Source: Azolla caroliniana
Taxonomy: Eukaryota; Plantae; Polypodiophyta
Direction of reading: 5' to 3'
Assembly (NCBI GenBank): GCA_043228905.1
Contig: JBHGNT010000002.1
Span: 26,536,001-26,600,000, forward strand
Length of the DNA stretch: 64,000 bases
The notes below the pieces were generated by a model, which was given only the letters and a program-made list of their open reading frames with translations, was not told where the DNA came from and searched no databases. A program made the position numbers and the translations under genes. This document shows, piece by piece, positions 21,155 through 32,401 of the stretch. Numbering within the stretch: position 1 is the first letter of the stretch; each line of letters starts with the position of its first letter.

Positions 21155-23303
21155 AGATGTGGGGGTTGCTACGCCCTTGCGTGCAGAAAGGAGGAGGGAC
21201 CACGGGGGTCTCGGACCGAAGAGCAAGAGAGAGAGAAGTAAGAGAGATAGACCCGATTACACAGAACCGAAGATTGCACCGGGACACGGCCCAACAAACA
21301 GAGATCACAAATAAACGCCGACGCAGATGGACGCAACAACGAAAGATATCTACTTCTGAAAGCAAGAAAATAACAGACTACAGTATTACAACCCACGGTG
21401 GGGCACGAAATAGATACTAACGAAAACGAACAGGGCGGCGAACAGATGCCGACCCCTGTATGTCGCGACGCACAGAAAGGGGGAAAACAGGTCGGAGGTG
21501 CTGCAGGACGCACTCGGGGCGTTCCACGGAACAGCACAAGCCTCCTCGAAACCTGCACAGGTACGCGATGGAGCAGAAGACAGAGAAAGCGGGAGTGAGA
21601 GAGAAGCCCCGAAATCGGTTCGGCAGCACTTCGTCCTCCCCGTGCGAGATATCTGCAACAGCTCTTTCCTGCTCCTTATATAGGCCGTTGAGCAGGCCTT
21701 CCTGTCAGCTTTATTCCCTGTCCCTTTTGTCAGGGATCTCCTCCGTTCTGCACGCATCCGCGTAGTTACGCCGCCGACTCGTACAGTTCGCGCGCGTGAC
21801 CGAAAAGACTGTTCGCGCGGTCTTTGTCTTCACTCGTGTTAGGGCCCGTTCCTCCCGATTATCCTCCTAATTCGATTCTATGTACAACTTGGAGCGTGCG
21901 CGTGTGAAGAACCGGTTCCTACGCCCCGGTGCGCCGATTCCGCTTAGGGACGGTTTTCTTCACGACAACGGTCGCGTTGTCAACCACGGAGGCGGAGTAC
22001 ATGGCGGCTGTTGAAGCCGGCAAGGAAATAATATGGATGAAGGACTTCATTAGAGAGCTCCGTATCCGGCAGGAGGAGTACCGACTCTACTGCGACAGTC
22101 AGAGTGCCATCCACCTTGCGAAGAATGCGGCCTATCACTCCCAGACGAAGCACATCCAGCGTAGATACCACTGGATCCGGGAAAGGATAGAGGACAAGGA
22201 GTTCGTGCTGACGAAGATCCACACGGACGAGAACGGGTCGGATATGCTGACCAAGGTACTTACACCCGACAAGCTGGAAGCATGCCGGAAGAGGATCGGA
22301 TTGGAGAGACATCCCATGCCGAAGTGAAGGGGGAGTTTGTTGGGATTTTCGGTCCCTCCGGATGAGATGTCCGGAGAAGAATGACGGCAGACCCGGTTAC
22401 GGAGCCGGATGATGAAGACCCCGGCTACGGAGCCGGATGACGAAGACCCGGTTACGGAGCCGGATGATGAAGACCCCGGCTACGGAGCCGGATGACGAAG
22501 ACCCGGTTACGGAGCCGGATGATGAAGACCCCGGCTACGGAGCCGGATGACGAAGACCCGGTTACGGAGCCGGATGATGAAGACCCCGGTTACGGAGCCG
22601 GATGACGAAGTACCCGGAGAGAGATCCGGATGCGGAGACTATATTTGTAAATAGCCCGAAAGTCATATGTGTATAAATATGACTTAGGGCAAACAGTTTA
22701 GGTTGTTGTTGCTCATTTTCTGTTTTCACTCAGAGGGAGCGAAGTGAAGAGAGCAGCCGAGAGAGAGAGAGAGAGGGAGAGAAAGGAAGAGGTCGACGCC
22801 TCTGTGTATTACCGCCGCCTGTGGCGAAGACAGTGAGCTCAAGGTTGTTGCCTTGTGGCTTCACCATTGTACATCTCTGTTCATAGTGATAGTTGGAGTT
22901 TGAGGACTCCCGTGGTTTTTCCCATTTAGGGTTTTCCACGTAAAACATCCTGTGTACTCTTCTCTCTACTGAACGGTGCATTTTGTATTTCCCGTTTTTC
23001 TGTGAGTTGGTCCTATCCCTCGGTTGTGGCCGAGCACTGTTGTTTAACACAAACTTGAGCTATACAAAGGGATAGTGTGAATACGTCCATTATACACTTG
23101 TATTCGACAATCCCCCGTAATGGGCGTATACATGGGTTATCTAAGATTACAGGTATAAACCTAGGTTCTCGGACATATCAGTTTTTGTTCGAGTCGGCAG
23201 GGTCTGAAGGCAGAAGACCGAACTGGTCTGGTCGGAAGAGTTGAAGCCAATCATTAAGGAACTGATGTCGGTTGTCCGAAACCATCCTGTGCTGTGTCCG
23301 GCT

Positions 23304-26300
23304 CTAACCGGACTGGTTTGTCGTTACGCCCATCTGATGCCGAAGGGACCGAAAGCGGTCTGCCGAAAGACACTTGGTCATTCCATCTGCGACATTGTCG
23401 GTTGTGGATATTTTCTCTAGACCGATTTTCCCTGAAATGACGCAGTCCCGAACGAAGTGATATCGAACGTCGATATGTTTGGAGGCGTTGTGGTGAACCG
23501 GATTTTTCGACAAGGCAACAACACCTTGATTGTCGCTATAGACAACTGGGGCCGAGTCATGGTCGACTTGTCGAAACGTGTGCGCCAGCCAGCCGAGCCA
23601 CAAAGCTTCTTTTGCAGCGTCGGACGCAGCTACATATTCTGCTTCGGTCGTTGAGGTCGCTGTGCACTCCTGAAGTTTCGACTTCCACGATATTGCTCCA
23701 TTGCCGAATTTGAAGCAGTATCCAGTTGTTGATTTTCGACTGTCTATACAGCCGGCGAAGTCTGAGTCGGTGTAACCGACTACGCCTGAGGTTGAGTTCG
23801 GACCGAAAAGAATGCCGTGGTCTTTTGTGCCAACCAGATATTTGAACACATGCTTGACTGCGTTCCAATGCGATCGGCCAGGATTGTGCATAAATCTGCT
23901 AACGACTTCTACGGCATGAGAAATATCAGGCCGTGTCGCGACCATCAGGTACATAAGGGAGCCGACTGCCGGTGCATACGGTACCGACTTCATATCTTCC
24001 CCCTCCGGACCGGATGTCGGGCAGTCTCGCTGAGAGAGCCGAAGATTCATGGGGAGCGGGGTTGAAGCAGATTTGGCTGATTGCATGTTGAAGCGTTCCA
24101 AGACACGTCCGATATAGTCGGTCTGAGACAAAAAAAGATGTCGTTTATCGCGATGCCGACTAATCTTCATGCCAAGTATGTGTCGTGCCGGACCGAGGTC
24201 CTTCATGGCAAACTTCAACCGCAATTGCCGAATGAGATCGGCAAGTTCGCCCGCGTGGCGTCCAGAAATTAGCATGTCGTCCACGTAGATGATGAGGAAG
24301 ATGGGTGATCCATCTTGAGCTGTGTTGGTAAAAAGACAATGGTCCTCATCGCTTTTTGAGAAGCCGATCGATTGGATGAAGTCGTCGAACTTCTTGTACC
24401 ATTGTCGCGGTGCCTGTTTGAGGCCGTATAGACTCTTCCTGAGTCGGCAGACTAGATGTTCTTGGCCAGTTGCCACGAAGCCTTTTGGCTGCTCCATATA
24501 AATTTCCTCTTCAAGATCACCATGGAGGAAGGCTGTTTTGACATCTAGCTGAATCAGCTCCAAGTTGTCGGCTGCCACTACGCCGAGTAGAAAACGAAGG
24601 GTTGTCATTTTCACCACTGGTGAAAAAATCTTGTCGAAGTCGACGCCATATTCTTGTCGGAAGCCCTTCGCAACTAATCTGGCCTTGTACTTTGGGGTGG
24701 TCGAATCAGACGTCTCTTTTAGTCGATAAACCCACTTGCAAGGAAGAGCACGTCGATTCTTAGGTAATTCGACCAGATCCCAAGTCTTGTTTGCCCGAAT
24801 GGAGTGCATTTCCGACTCCATCGCCAGATGCCAGGTGGCTGAATCGACAGATGTTGATGCTTCTTCGTAAGACGTCGGTTCGCCGGCGTCGGTGAAGAAA
24901 ATTCCAGGAGAATACCTCTCCGGAGGTTGCGACAGTCTCTCGGATCGTCGAGGTATGATTGGACTGGTCGTATCGGGTATCGAGGTCGGATGGTCCGAAA
25001 GCGAATTATTCTGCTGTGCCGAGTCAGAGTTGTCCGAGTCGGTAGTGGAAGGTTCAGCTACCCGTGAAGCTGACCGTGTGTTAAGAGCGGGGCCTTCTTG
25101 AAGGGTCGGCACATCGGAAAATGTTACCCTTTGGACTTCGATCGGTGTTTCGACTGATGGATTCATAGCCGACTCGTTGAACACAACGTCCGAACTTCGA
25201 ACGATTTGTCTGCGTTCGGGGTCCCAGAGTCGGTATCCCATTTCGCCGTCTGATCCATATCCAAGGAAAATGCATTTCCTGGACCGAGGTGCAAGTTTTC
25301 GGCGATCATCTTTCGGAATAAGGGCGTACGCCTCGCATCCGAAAATCCTCAGCTTGTCGTAATTCGGCTTACTGCCGATCCATAGTTCCTGAGGAATTTG
25401 AAGTCCTAGAGGTCTGCTTGGCGACATATTGATTATGTGTACTGCCGTGAGTAGAGCCTCTGCCCAGAAGCCATCCGACAGTCCGGAGTGTTGGAGCATG
25501 GAAACTATCCGTTCTTGGATTGTCCGATTCATGCGTTCTGCAATCCCGTTTTGCTCCGGACTGTGTGGTGCCGTAAATTCACGTCGGATGCCGCGTTGTC
25601 AGCAGAATTTGACGAATTCTTCTGATTTGAACTCTCCCCCATTGTCGGTCCGAAAGCATTTCAGTTTTCGGTCAGTTTGATTTTCTACCATAGCGAGCCA
25701 ATCGGAGAAGATCGAGAAGACACGATCTTTGGTGCGAATTGGATAAGCCCACACCTTTTGAGTCGAATCGTCAATAAAACTGACGAAGTAAGAGGCACCG
25801 CCGAGAGACTGATGCGGCATTGGGCCACAGACGTCCGAGTGGACTAAATCGAGAGGTCTCGTTTCTCTTGGTGCTGATGTCGGGTGTGATGCGGCTGCTT
25901 GTTTGCCATACTGGCAATGTTCGCAGAATTGATGGTCCGAGAAGGAGAGTTTAGGGATGTATCCGGCTCTAGATAGGTGCGTAATGCCGGCCTTGCTGAG
26001 GTGTCCTAATCTTCTGTGCCATAGTGATGACACAAGAATATCCACCAAAAACAGGTTACCCTCTCTGAGCGTAACATGTAACGGATACAGTGAGTGTATC
26101 TTGGGTCCTCTAGCAAGCAGGAGGTTCCCCCTGTGGAGTGTCCACCCTCCCGAAGAAAAACCGGCACGAATGCCGTCTTCATCTAGTTGTCCGACTGAGA
26201 TCAATGGCCTTGAGAGCTCGGGTACATGTCGGACATTGTGAAGTACAAGTGTAGAGCCACCTGCAAGGTTGAGCTCTACTGTGCCGATTCCAATGATGTC

Positions 26301-27336
26301 ACAGTGTTGCGAGTTTGCCGACTCGAACTGAGTCGGAGTGACGGATCGTATATTGCCGAAATTGGGATCGATGAGGAGTCACGTGAAATGACGCGCCCGA
26401 ATCTAAGAGCCATGTGCTCGATTCTTCAGTCGTGAGCAGAAATTCTGATCCGACTGGATTTTCGATTGATAGTATATTCGGGTCGTTTGGTAGCACATCC
26501 GCTGAGAAGCTGACGTAGTTGATCTCCTCATGCCGGCCACTCTTCTTGTCTGATTTCTGAGACTTGTCGTTCTTGTTCTTGAGTGCGCGGCAGTCGGCTT
26601 TGATGTGTCCGGGTTTCTTGCAATAGTTGCAGATTCGATTATCCCGTGACTGGCTCCGTCTTCGCTGATTGTTCGGCTACCGTGAGGAGTCTCTTCCTCG
26701 TATGTTCGATCGGTCTGTCGAACCTTGTACTACATAAGCGTCGTCTGTTGAGTCTTTGGCGAAAGACTTTCTCCGAGCTGCTTCGGTCAGGATTGCGCTC
26801 GTGACTTCGGAGTATTTAACAGCCGTGGTTGACGCGTTGCACACGGTTGTGACGAAAGTTTCCCATGATGAGGGAAGGCTGCTCATGAGTATCATTGCTC
26901 TGAGTTCATCCTCGATTGCCGTCCCCTGAGATGAGATTTGGGAGCTTATGCTTTCGTACTCATTGAGATGTGCTTGAACCGAGTCTGATTCTTTCATCCG
27001 CAAGTTGTAGAGGCGCCGGATCAGAAACATCTTCGTTGCAGCGACCTTCTTTTCGTAGGTGTCCGACAGTGTTTTCCACAGTTCGAATGCTGTCGTACAC
27101 GATTGCACCGTAAAGTATACCGATTCCGATAGGTGCATCCGAATCGTGGCGCGGACGATTCTGTCCAGCTTCTGCCACTCAATTGGTTTGTATCCTTCTG
27201 GAAGTGCTTCATTTTCGATGGGATCGATTTGCCCCTTGACTATGAGATAGTCCTGCATTTGCTCCTTCCAGAAGTTGAAGTTCGATCCATCGAACTTTCG
27301 TAGACTCATTTCTGACGAGCCGGATGTTGATGTCAT
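23304..27336 (-). pseudogene. gag-pol: B gag-pol, broken by stops and a frameshift
   Basis: Gag 26677-27336; protease 'WLLDSGASFH' (~26400); integrase 25599-26204; IN-RT-RH 23304-25532 with YVDD. Stops at 26677 and 25599, frameshift near 26316. Confidence 0.9.
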
Positions 27337-29149
27337 GACTCTGTCCTAAGTCGGCTACGAACTTTGGTGAAGTGCAGCGGTTTGGCCCACTCAGAGTCGT
27401 TCTAGCTGAAGTTGGACACAAGTGATGTTGATTACGGAGAGTCGGGGATTTGGTTCGGATTGACTACCGACAACTGTCTTAGTCGAGTTGAACCTAGATT
27501 TAACGATCCGACAGTACTTCAAGCCGATTCGGTTTCGGTTGACTGCAACGGTGAGAGCAATGGAACCGACTGGTCCTTCCGATTATTGTCCAATCGAATG
27601 AAACACGAACTGGGGTTGTCCTTGAAGTCGTCGTTGTGCAGGAAGCCCACCTCAAGCAGTTACGATCAAGGAAGTAGAGTACAGCCGACCGGCTTACTCC
27701 GAGTGATGATCTAACGCAGCGAGATTCAAGCTTGTGTTTGCCTACTTTCTTCTCTGTTTCTTCGAATGACGACTAGGATGAAGCGAAAGGCCGAATACTG
27801 TGCAGGCTGTGATGAAGCGAAGAACCGAATGCTGTGCAGGCTGAGACGACGGCCGACAGCGGGTTGAGGAACCTCGCTCTGATACCAAATGTTGAAGACA
27901 AGGCCGTGTCGCGGAAGATCAAGTAGCATTCGATTGGGGTTGAGTACCTGCGTATGACAGTTTCCAAGATCGTGCACAGAGAGAGAGAGAGAGAGGAGGC
28001 ACAAAAGAACTCTTTCATTCAATAGAAACAATAATACAAAACAACCTTACAAAAAGGTTACTAGGTCACTTTATATAGTGACCGACTTAGGGCAACTACC
28101 ATTTATGCTAATTACACAAATGACCCAAACTTGAGCTATACAAAGGGATAGTGTGAATACGTCCATTATACACTTGTATTCGACATTAGATGCTCTACTC
28201 ACAGTCGGATGATAGAAGGAAGAGGATACGACCGTGGAAACAAAGGTTTGCTCGGACAAAGCCGATAGAGTCAGCCGACCCAAGAGCGTAACTTCCATCA
28301 ATGGGAAGAGGACAGAAACAATCCTAGAGAGTTTGGCAGAAGGGGGAGCCACCTTGCCGTACCGAGCAATCGTAACAACCCGATCGAATGCGGGTACTGT
28401 GGAAAACATGGCCACTATGAAGAGGAGTGCTGAAAAAAGGTACAAAACTCGGCTTCGACTAACCGACAACTCACAAACTACGCTTCAAATTCCGACTACG
28501 ACGATCGTGGCAGGATGTTCTTAATGAGGCATGAAGCACATTCGATAATGGCACAAGCCTCGACTAGCACCTCTTCTTCAGATAGCATATGGTTTGTCGA
28601 CTCGGGAGCATCCAATCACATGACGTCCCATGAAGATTGGTTCCGGGAATTACGAAAGCCTGATTGACCCGAGTATGTAGAAACCAGAGATGATACGATT
28701 CACCCAATTCAGCATGTCGGAAATGTTCCATTCGGAAATGACGGCAAACACACCTACCTCAAGAACGTCTTGCATGTCCCAACCATCATGAAAAACCTAG
28801 TCTCGGTTAGCTAGATCGTCGAACAAGGTATGCAAGTACGATTCAATAATGAAGGGTGCTTCATCGAAAAGGACGATCAAATCATAGTGCATGGTCGCTG
28901 AGAAGGCCGAATGTTCATCCTCGAATTAGAAGAGATGAAATCGGCTATGTTCGCGAAAGGTCTTAAAGTCGAAACCGAGTTAAAACTGTGGCACAAGAGA
29001 ATCGTCCACATCAATCTTCAAAAGCTCCAGAACATGCAATCAAAAGGAGTCGTGATTGGACTCCCGACATTTACTAAGAAGGAGATTACGAGCATATGTG
29101 AGGCATGCCAGTTCGGAAAACAACGTCAACATCCATTCCCGAAAGAGAG

Positions 29150-29550
29150 TGTAAACGATTACTTGCAGAAGCGTTAGAAAACAGAGAAAGCAGAGAATAC
29201 ACAGAGTACATGGGAGAGACAGAGAGAGTAGAACGTAAAAGCTATATTCAAAACAATAAAACACTCTATGTGTATTTACAACTATGCTCAGTAGCACTAT
29301 TTATACAAGTCCTCGTGGGACTGACAAGAGTACCGCATACTTCAATGCTCACATGAGCATCTGACACTTACTACGAGACTATAACTGCCTAGTAGTCTAA
29401 ACTAATACTAGGCTTCTGGTTACCGATTGGATCCGGCTAACCGGCTCCCTAGCTCACCGTCTCGGTTGCTCGCCGGCTTACCGATCCGTCTCGCTCACCG
29501 ACTCAGGCTTATCCAGCCGATTCGGCTCCAGTTGAGCTTGCCGCTCAACA
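29150..29550 (-). mobile_element. Solo LTR (401 bp) inserted in A
   Basis: TG...CA ends; TSD GAGAG at 29145-29149 and 29551-29555; GTATAAATAG on minus; A coding sequence rejoins across it. Confidence 0.9.
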
Positions 29551-29960
29551 GAGAGGAATGTGAGAAAAGGGATCCTGGATGTAGTACATTCAAATGTGTG
29601 GGGACCAACCCCGACAGTAACATTCGGTGGATGCCAATACTACATAACATTCATCAACGACTACTCCCGCTACACGTGGATCTTTCCGATGAAGAGAAGA
29701 GCGAAGTGCTCTCCCACTTCCAAAGGTTCAAAAACGAAGTCAAAAAAGCCACGGGTCGGCACGTACGATGCCTTTGATCGGATGGAGGCAAAAAATATTT
29801 CTCGGACGAGTTTACGGCATATCTCCGAAAGGAAGGAATACAACGAGAATTTTCGTGTTGCCATACACCTCAGCAAAATGTTGTAGCCAAACGGAAGAAT
29901 CGGCACATCGTAGAGGTTGCACGGGCAATGATGAATGAGAAGAACCTGCCGAAATTGTAC

Positions 29961-31585
29961 TGTTAAGAATAGTACTAAAACAAAGAGAGAATTAGAACTG
30001 GAGAAGGGAATTACTATTAGTACTAAGAGGACGGGACGACGCAAGACTCCCAAGAGAGGGAGAGAGAAGAGGAGAGAGAGAGAGAGATGATGATAACAGA
30101 TGATATATTATATGAAGAGTAAGTACAAAATGTCTATGAGGCTTAAGACTGGCGTTGAACCAATATAATTAATTTCCTATAATAAAACTTAAAATAATAT
30201 CCTACGTATTACAATAGATGGTATAATGGTCAAGAGCTCAACCCATATAACATAAGGTCATGGGTTCAAGTCTTGCCATATAATGACACTATCCCCCCCT
30301 TAAGACTTGTCATATAATGACATTATCCCCCCCTTAAGACGACGAGTGTAACGAGTCAACGCTGATTGAGGACCGGGTTTGTCCGGATACTGTCGGTGGA
30401 AATCAGCAAGAAGATCCCGAGCATTGGCGACATGCTCGACGGGTTCCCAAGTACATTCACTCGGATTATAGCCAAGTCAATTGACCAAATAATAAAGTTT
30501 GCTGCGAACAAATTTGGAGTCGAGGATGGCAACAACTTCATACTCTGGGCGGGCGTCTAACTCAAGGGGGGGCGGCGGCGGTGTAACACAATCGGGAATA
30601 ATGTTTGCTTTATAAGGTTCAAGAAGAGAACTATGGAAGACTGGATGTATCTGAAGATGCGGAGGAAGATCAAGGCGGAATGTGACATCATTAACCTTAA
30701 CTGGTAATACGGAAAGGACCGAGTCGTCGATAATCCAACTTGTCGCACGGTCGAGTAGTCTTGATGTGACGACATAAGAGCCATACTCGATCTCCGATGG
30801 CAAAAGAGGAGGGAAGTCGATGACGATCCACATAAGTTTGTGTGTTGAGCATGACGAAGATGAGTAGAGAGATCCATCTGGATCTTGCGTAGCCTCTCCA
30901 AATGATCCTCGGCATGAAGATTGGTAGGTAGCTCCGGGGTGTCGACCACAGACTAGCGAGGATGAGAACCAGTATAAGCGTAAAATTGGGAGACCCGATT
31001 TGAGGAGTGAATAGCGTTATTATAATCAAACTCCACAAAGTGGAGAATATCAGCCCAATCGTCCTACTAATAACTTAGAAACCACCAGAGGTATTGTTCC
31101 AGCGTTTGATTTGTTCGTTCCGCCTACCCATCGGTTTGGGGATGGTAGTCGGAAGAGAGGTTACAAGAGACCTTGAGCATCTTGAAGAGATGCTTCCAAA
31201 ATTTGGAGACGAATTGAGGTCCTCGGTCACTGATTATACTGTCTGGGAGGCCATAATGCCGAAATACCTCACGCATGACAAGGGCGGCGGTTTCCTCACT
31301 AGTGATGGCCTTAGTACATGGCACAAAATGTGCCATCTTAGTATATAGATCAACGACGGTTAAGATAGCATCGAAACCCTTTGAGACTGGTAGATCTATG
31401 ATAAAATCAAGACAAATAGACTACCACGACTTACTTGGAATCGGTAAGGGTTCCAACAAGCCATATAGATGATGTCGTGGCATCTTTGCTCGGCAGCAAG
31501 CATCACAGGTCCAAACGTAGTCGTCGACAAAACGTCGCATATGGGGCCACCAAAAAGATCGGTGAACTAGATCCAACGTCTTTGT
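29961..31585 (-). mobile_element. Truncated chromovirus Gypsy E (Tcn1-like): integrase, chromodomain, PPT, 3' LTR
   Basis: IN 'MAHFVPC..HYGLPDSIISDRGPQFVSKFW..HPQTDG', 'LGPF', 'IHPVFHSSLL'. Chromodomain 'EYEVVAILDSK..LYYLV..WEP' at ~30370-30545; PPT AAGGGGGGGA; LTR 29961-~30288; 5' part deleted. Confidence 0.88.
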
Positions 31586-32350
31586 ACTAAAAATCACTCA
31601 ATATCTTCACCAAATCGGCATTCGAATGTCGAAATCGCACAACTCCATGTACATCTGAAACGAACCACACAACCCGATTGTCATTATGATTTACGTGGAT
31701 GATCTAGTAATTGGAGGAAAGGATCTAGCCAGGATCATTAAGGTCAAATCCCTCCTATCTGACAGATTCGAAATGAAGACCGGCATGAGATCTATTACTT
31801 TCTTAGCATAAAAGTAATTCGAACACTAGTCGGGATATTGATCTCTCAACGACACTACGTTCTCAACTTACTCTACAAGTTCGGAATGACCGAGTGCATG
31901 TTATTCCTTAGGGCCGGACAATGGCCTAACACAAGGTGTCTACGAAAGACACTTCACCAAAGGGGTGTTACGGCGAGATAACTTAAGACACAACGATTAA
32001 TCCGACTTAATTGGCTACTTAGCCATATGGCATTAACTTTACACATGTGTAAGATATAACAATTAATACAGAACGATAATCAATATGTGAAGATAAAACA
32101 AGAAGCTTACATTAATTCTCCGTTAAAGTTTTACATTGTAATCGGGCCTTTATATAGGTCATCGGTGCTGCGTACAAAACGTTGCCAACCGGCACCTGTT
32201 CGGAACCGGTCTGGATCCGAATCGGCATACCGATTCCGGTCCGTCCGTTCACTACTTAATTATAATCTATTCTACTTAATTAAAATAGATTCTGAATAAC
32301 AATCCCTTTCACATTTTGGTCTTTAACTCCTTTGCCGACCGGGTAACACA

Positions 32351-32367
32351 TGGCACGCCCGTGGGAC
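32351..32367 (+). promoter_or_regulatory. PBS-like site (tRNA-Arg UCU) at the PPT position of F, opposite strand to gag-pol
   Basis: TGGCACGCCC-GTGGGAC, 2 nt inside the LTR; matches the remembered plant tRNA-Arg PBS TGGCACGCCCGGTGGGAC with one gap. Confidence 0.7.
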
Positions 32368-32401
32368 AGTATCTTGTACGTCGAATCCCACTATCTGGCC
32401 C

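Larger units (their letters stand above)
14628..21967 (-). mobile_element. Gypsy D, non-chromovirus (Phygy/Ylt1-like), apparently intact and the youngest insertion
   Basis: 810-bp LTRs at 14628-15437 and 21158-21967 with no differences seen. 4-bp TSD ACGG; tRNA-Trp PBS; PPT AGGTGGGGGCGGA at ~15438-15450. Confidence 0.95.
10160..23049 (+). mobile_element. Copia C (Tnt1-like), recent, inserted in the 3' LTR of B
   Basis: TSD CAAAC (10155-10159, 23050-23054). 712-bp LTRs at 10160-10871 and 22338-23049 with two mismatches seen. PBS-Met 10875-10886; PPT GAAGGGGGAG before 22338. Confidence 0.95.
9917..28185 (-). mobile_element. Copia B (Tnt1-like), full length, defective
   Basis: TSD TTAGA (9912-9916, 28186-28190). 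5' LTR 27890-28185; 3' LTR 9917-10159 plus 23055-23109, split by C. PBS-Met at 27876-27887; PPT at ~23110-23117. Confidence 0.93.

Noticed and set aside
10948-21765. Many 60-270 aa antisense or overlapping ORFs in C and D (and likewise in G, H, J, K)
   Set aside because: Shadow frames of GC-rich gag/pol or LTR sequence with no recognisable motifs; recurrence just reflects repeated elements.
23304-27336. B as a trans-mobilised defective element (near-identical LTRs but broken ORF)
   Set aside because: LTRs are only ~296 bp, and two deamination-type stops plus one frameshift in 4 kb are compatible with post-insertion decay.
30214-30280. Functional tRNA gene
   Set aside because: No convincing acceptor or anticodon stems; kept only as a tRNA-like promoter motif.
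31583-31587. TGTAC as the right-hand TSD of element E
   Set aside because: E has no 5' LTR here and A resumes far downstream in RT, so this is a deletion junction; the match to 29956-29960 looks coincidental.
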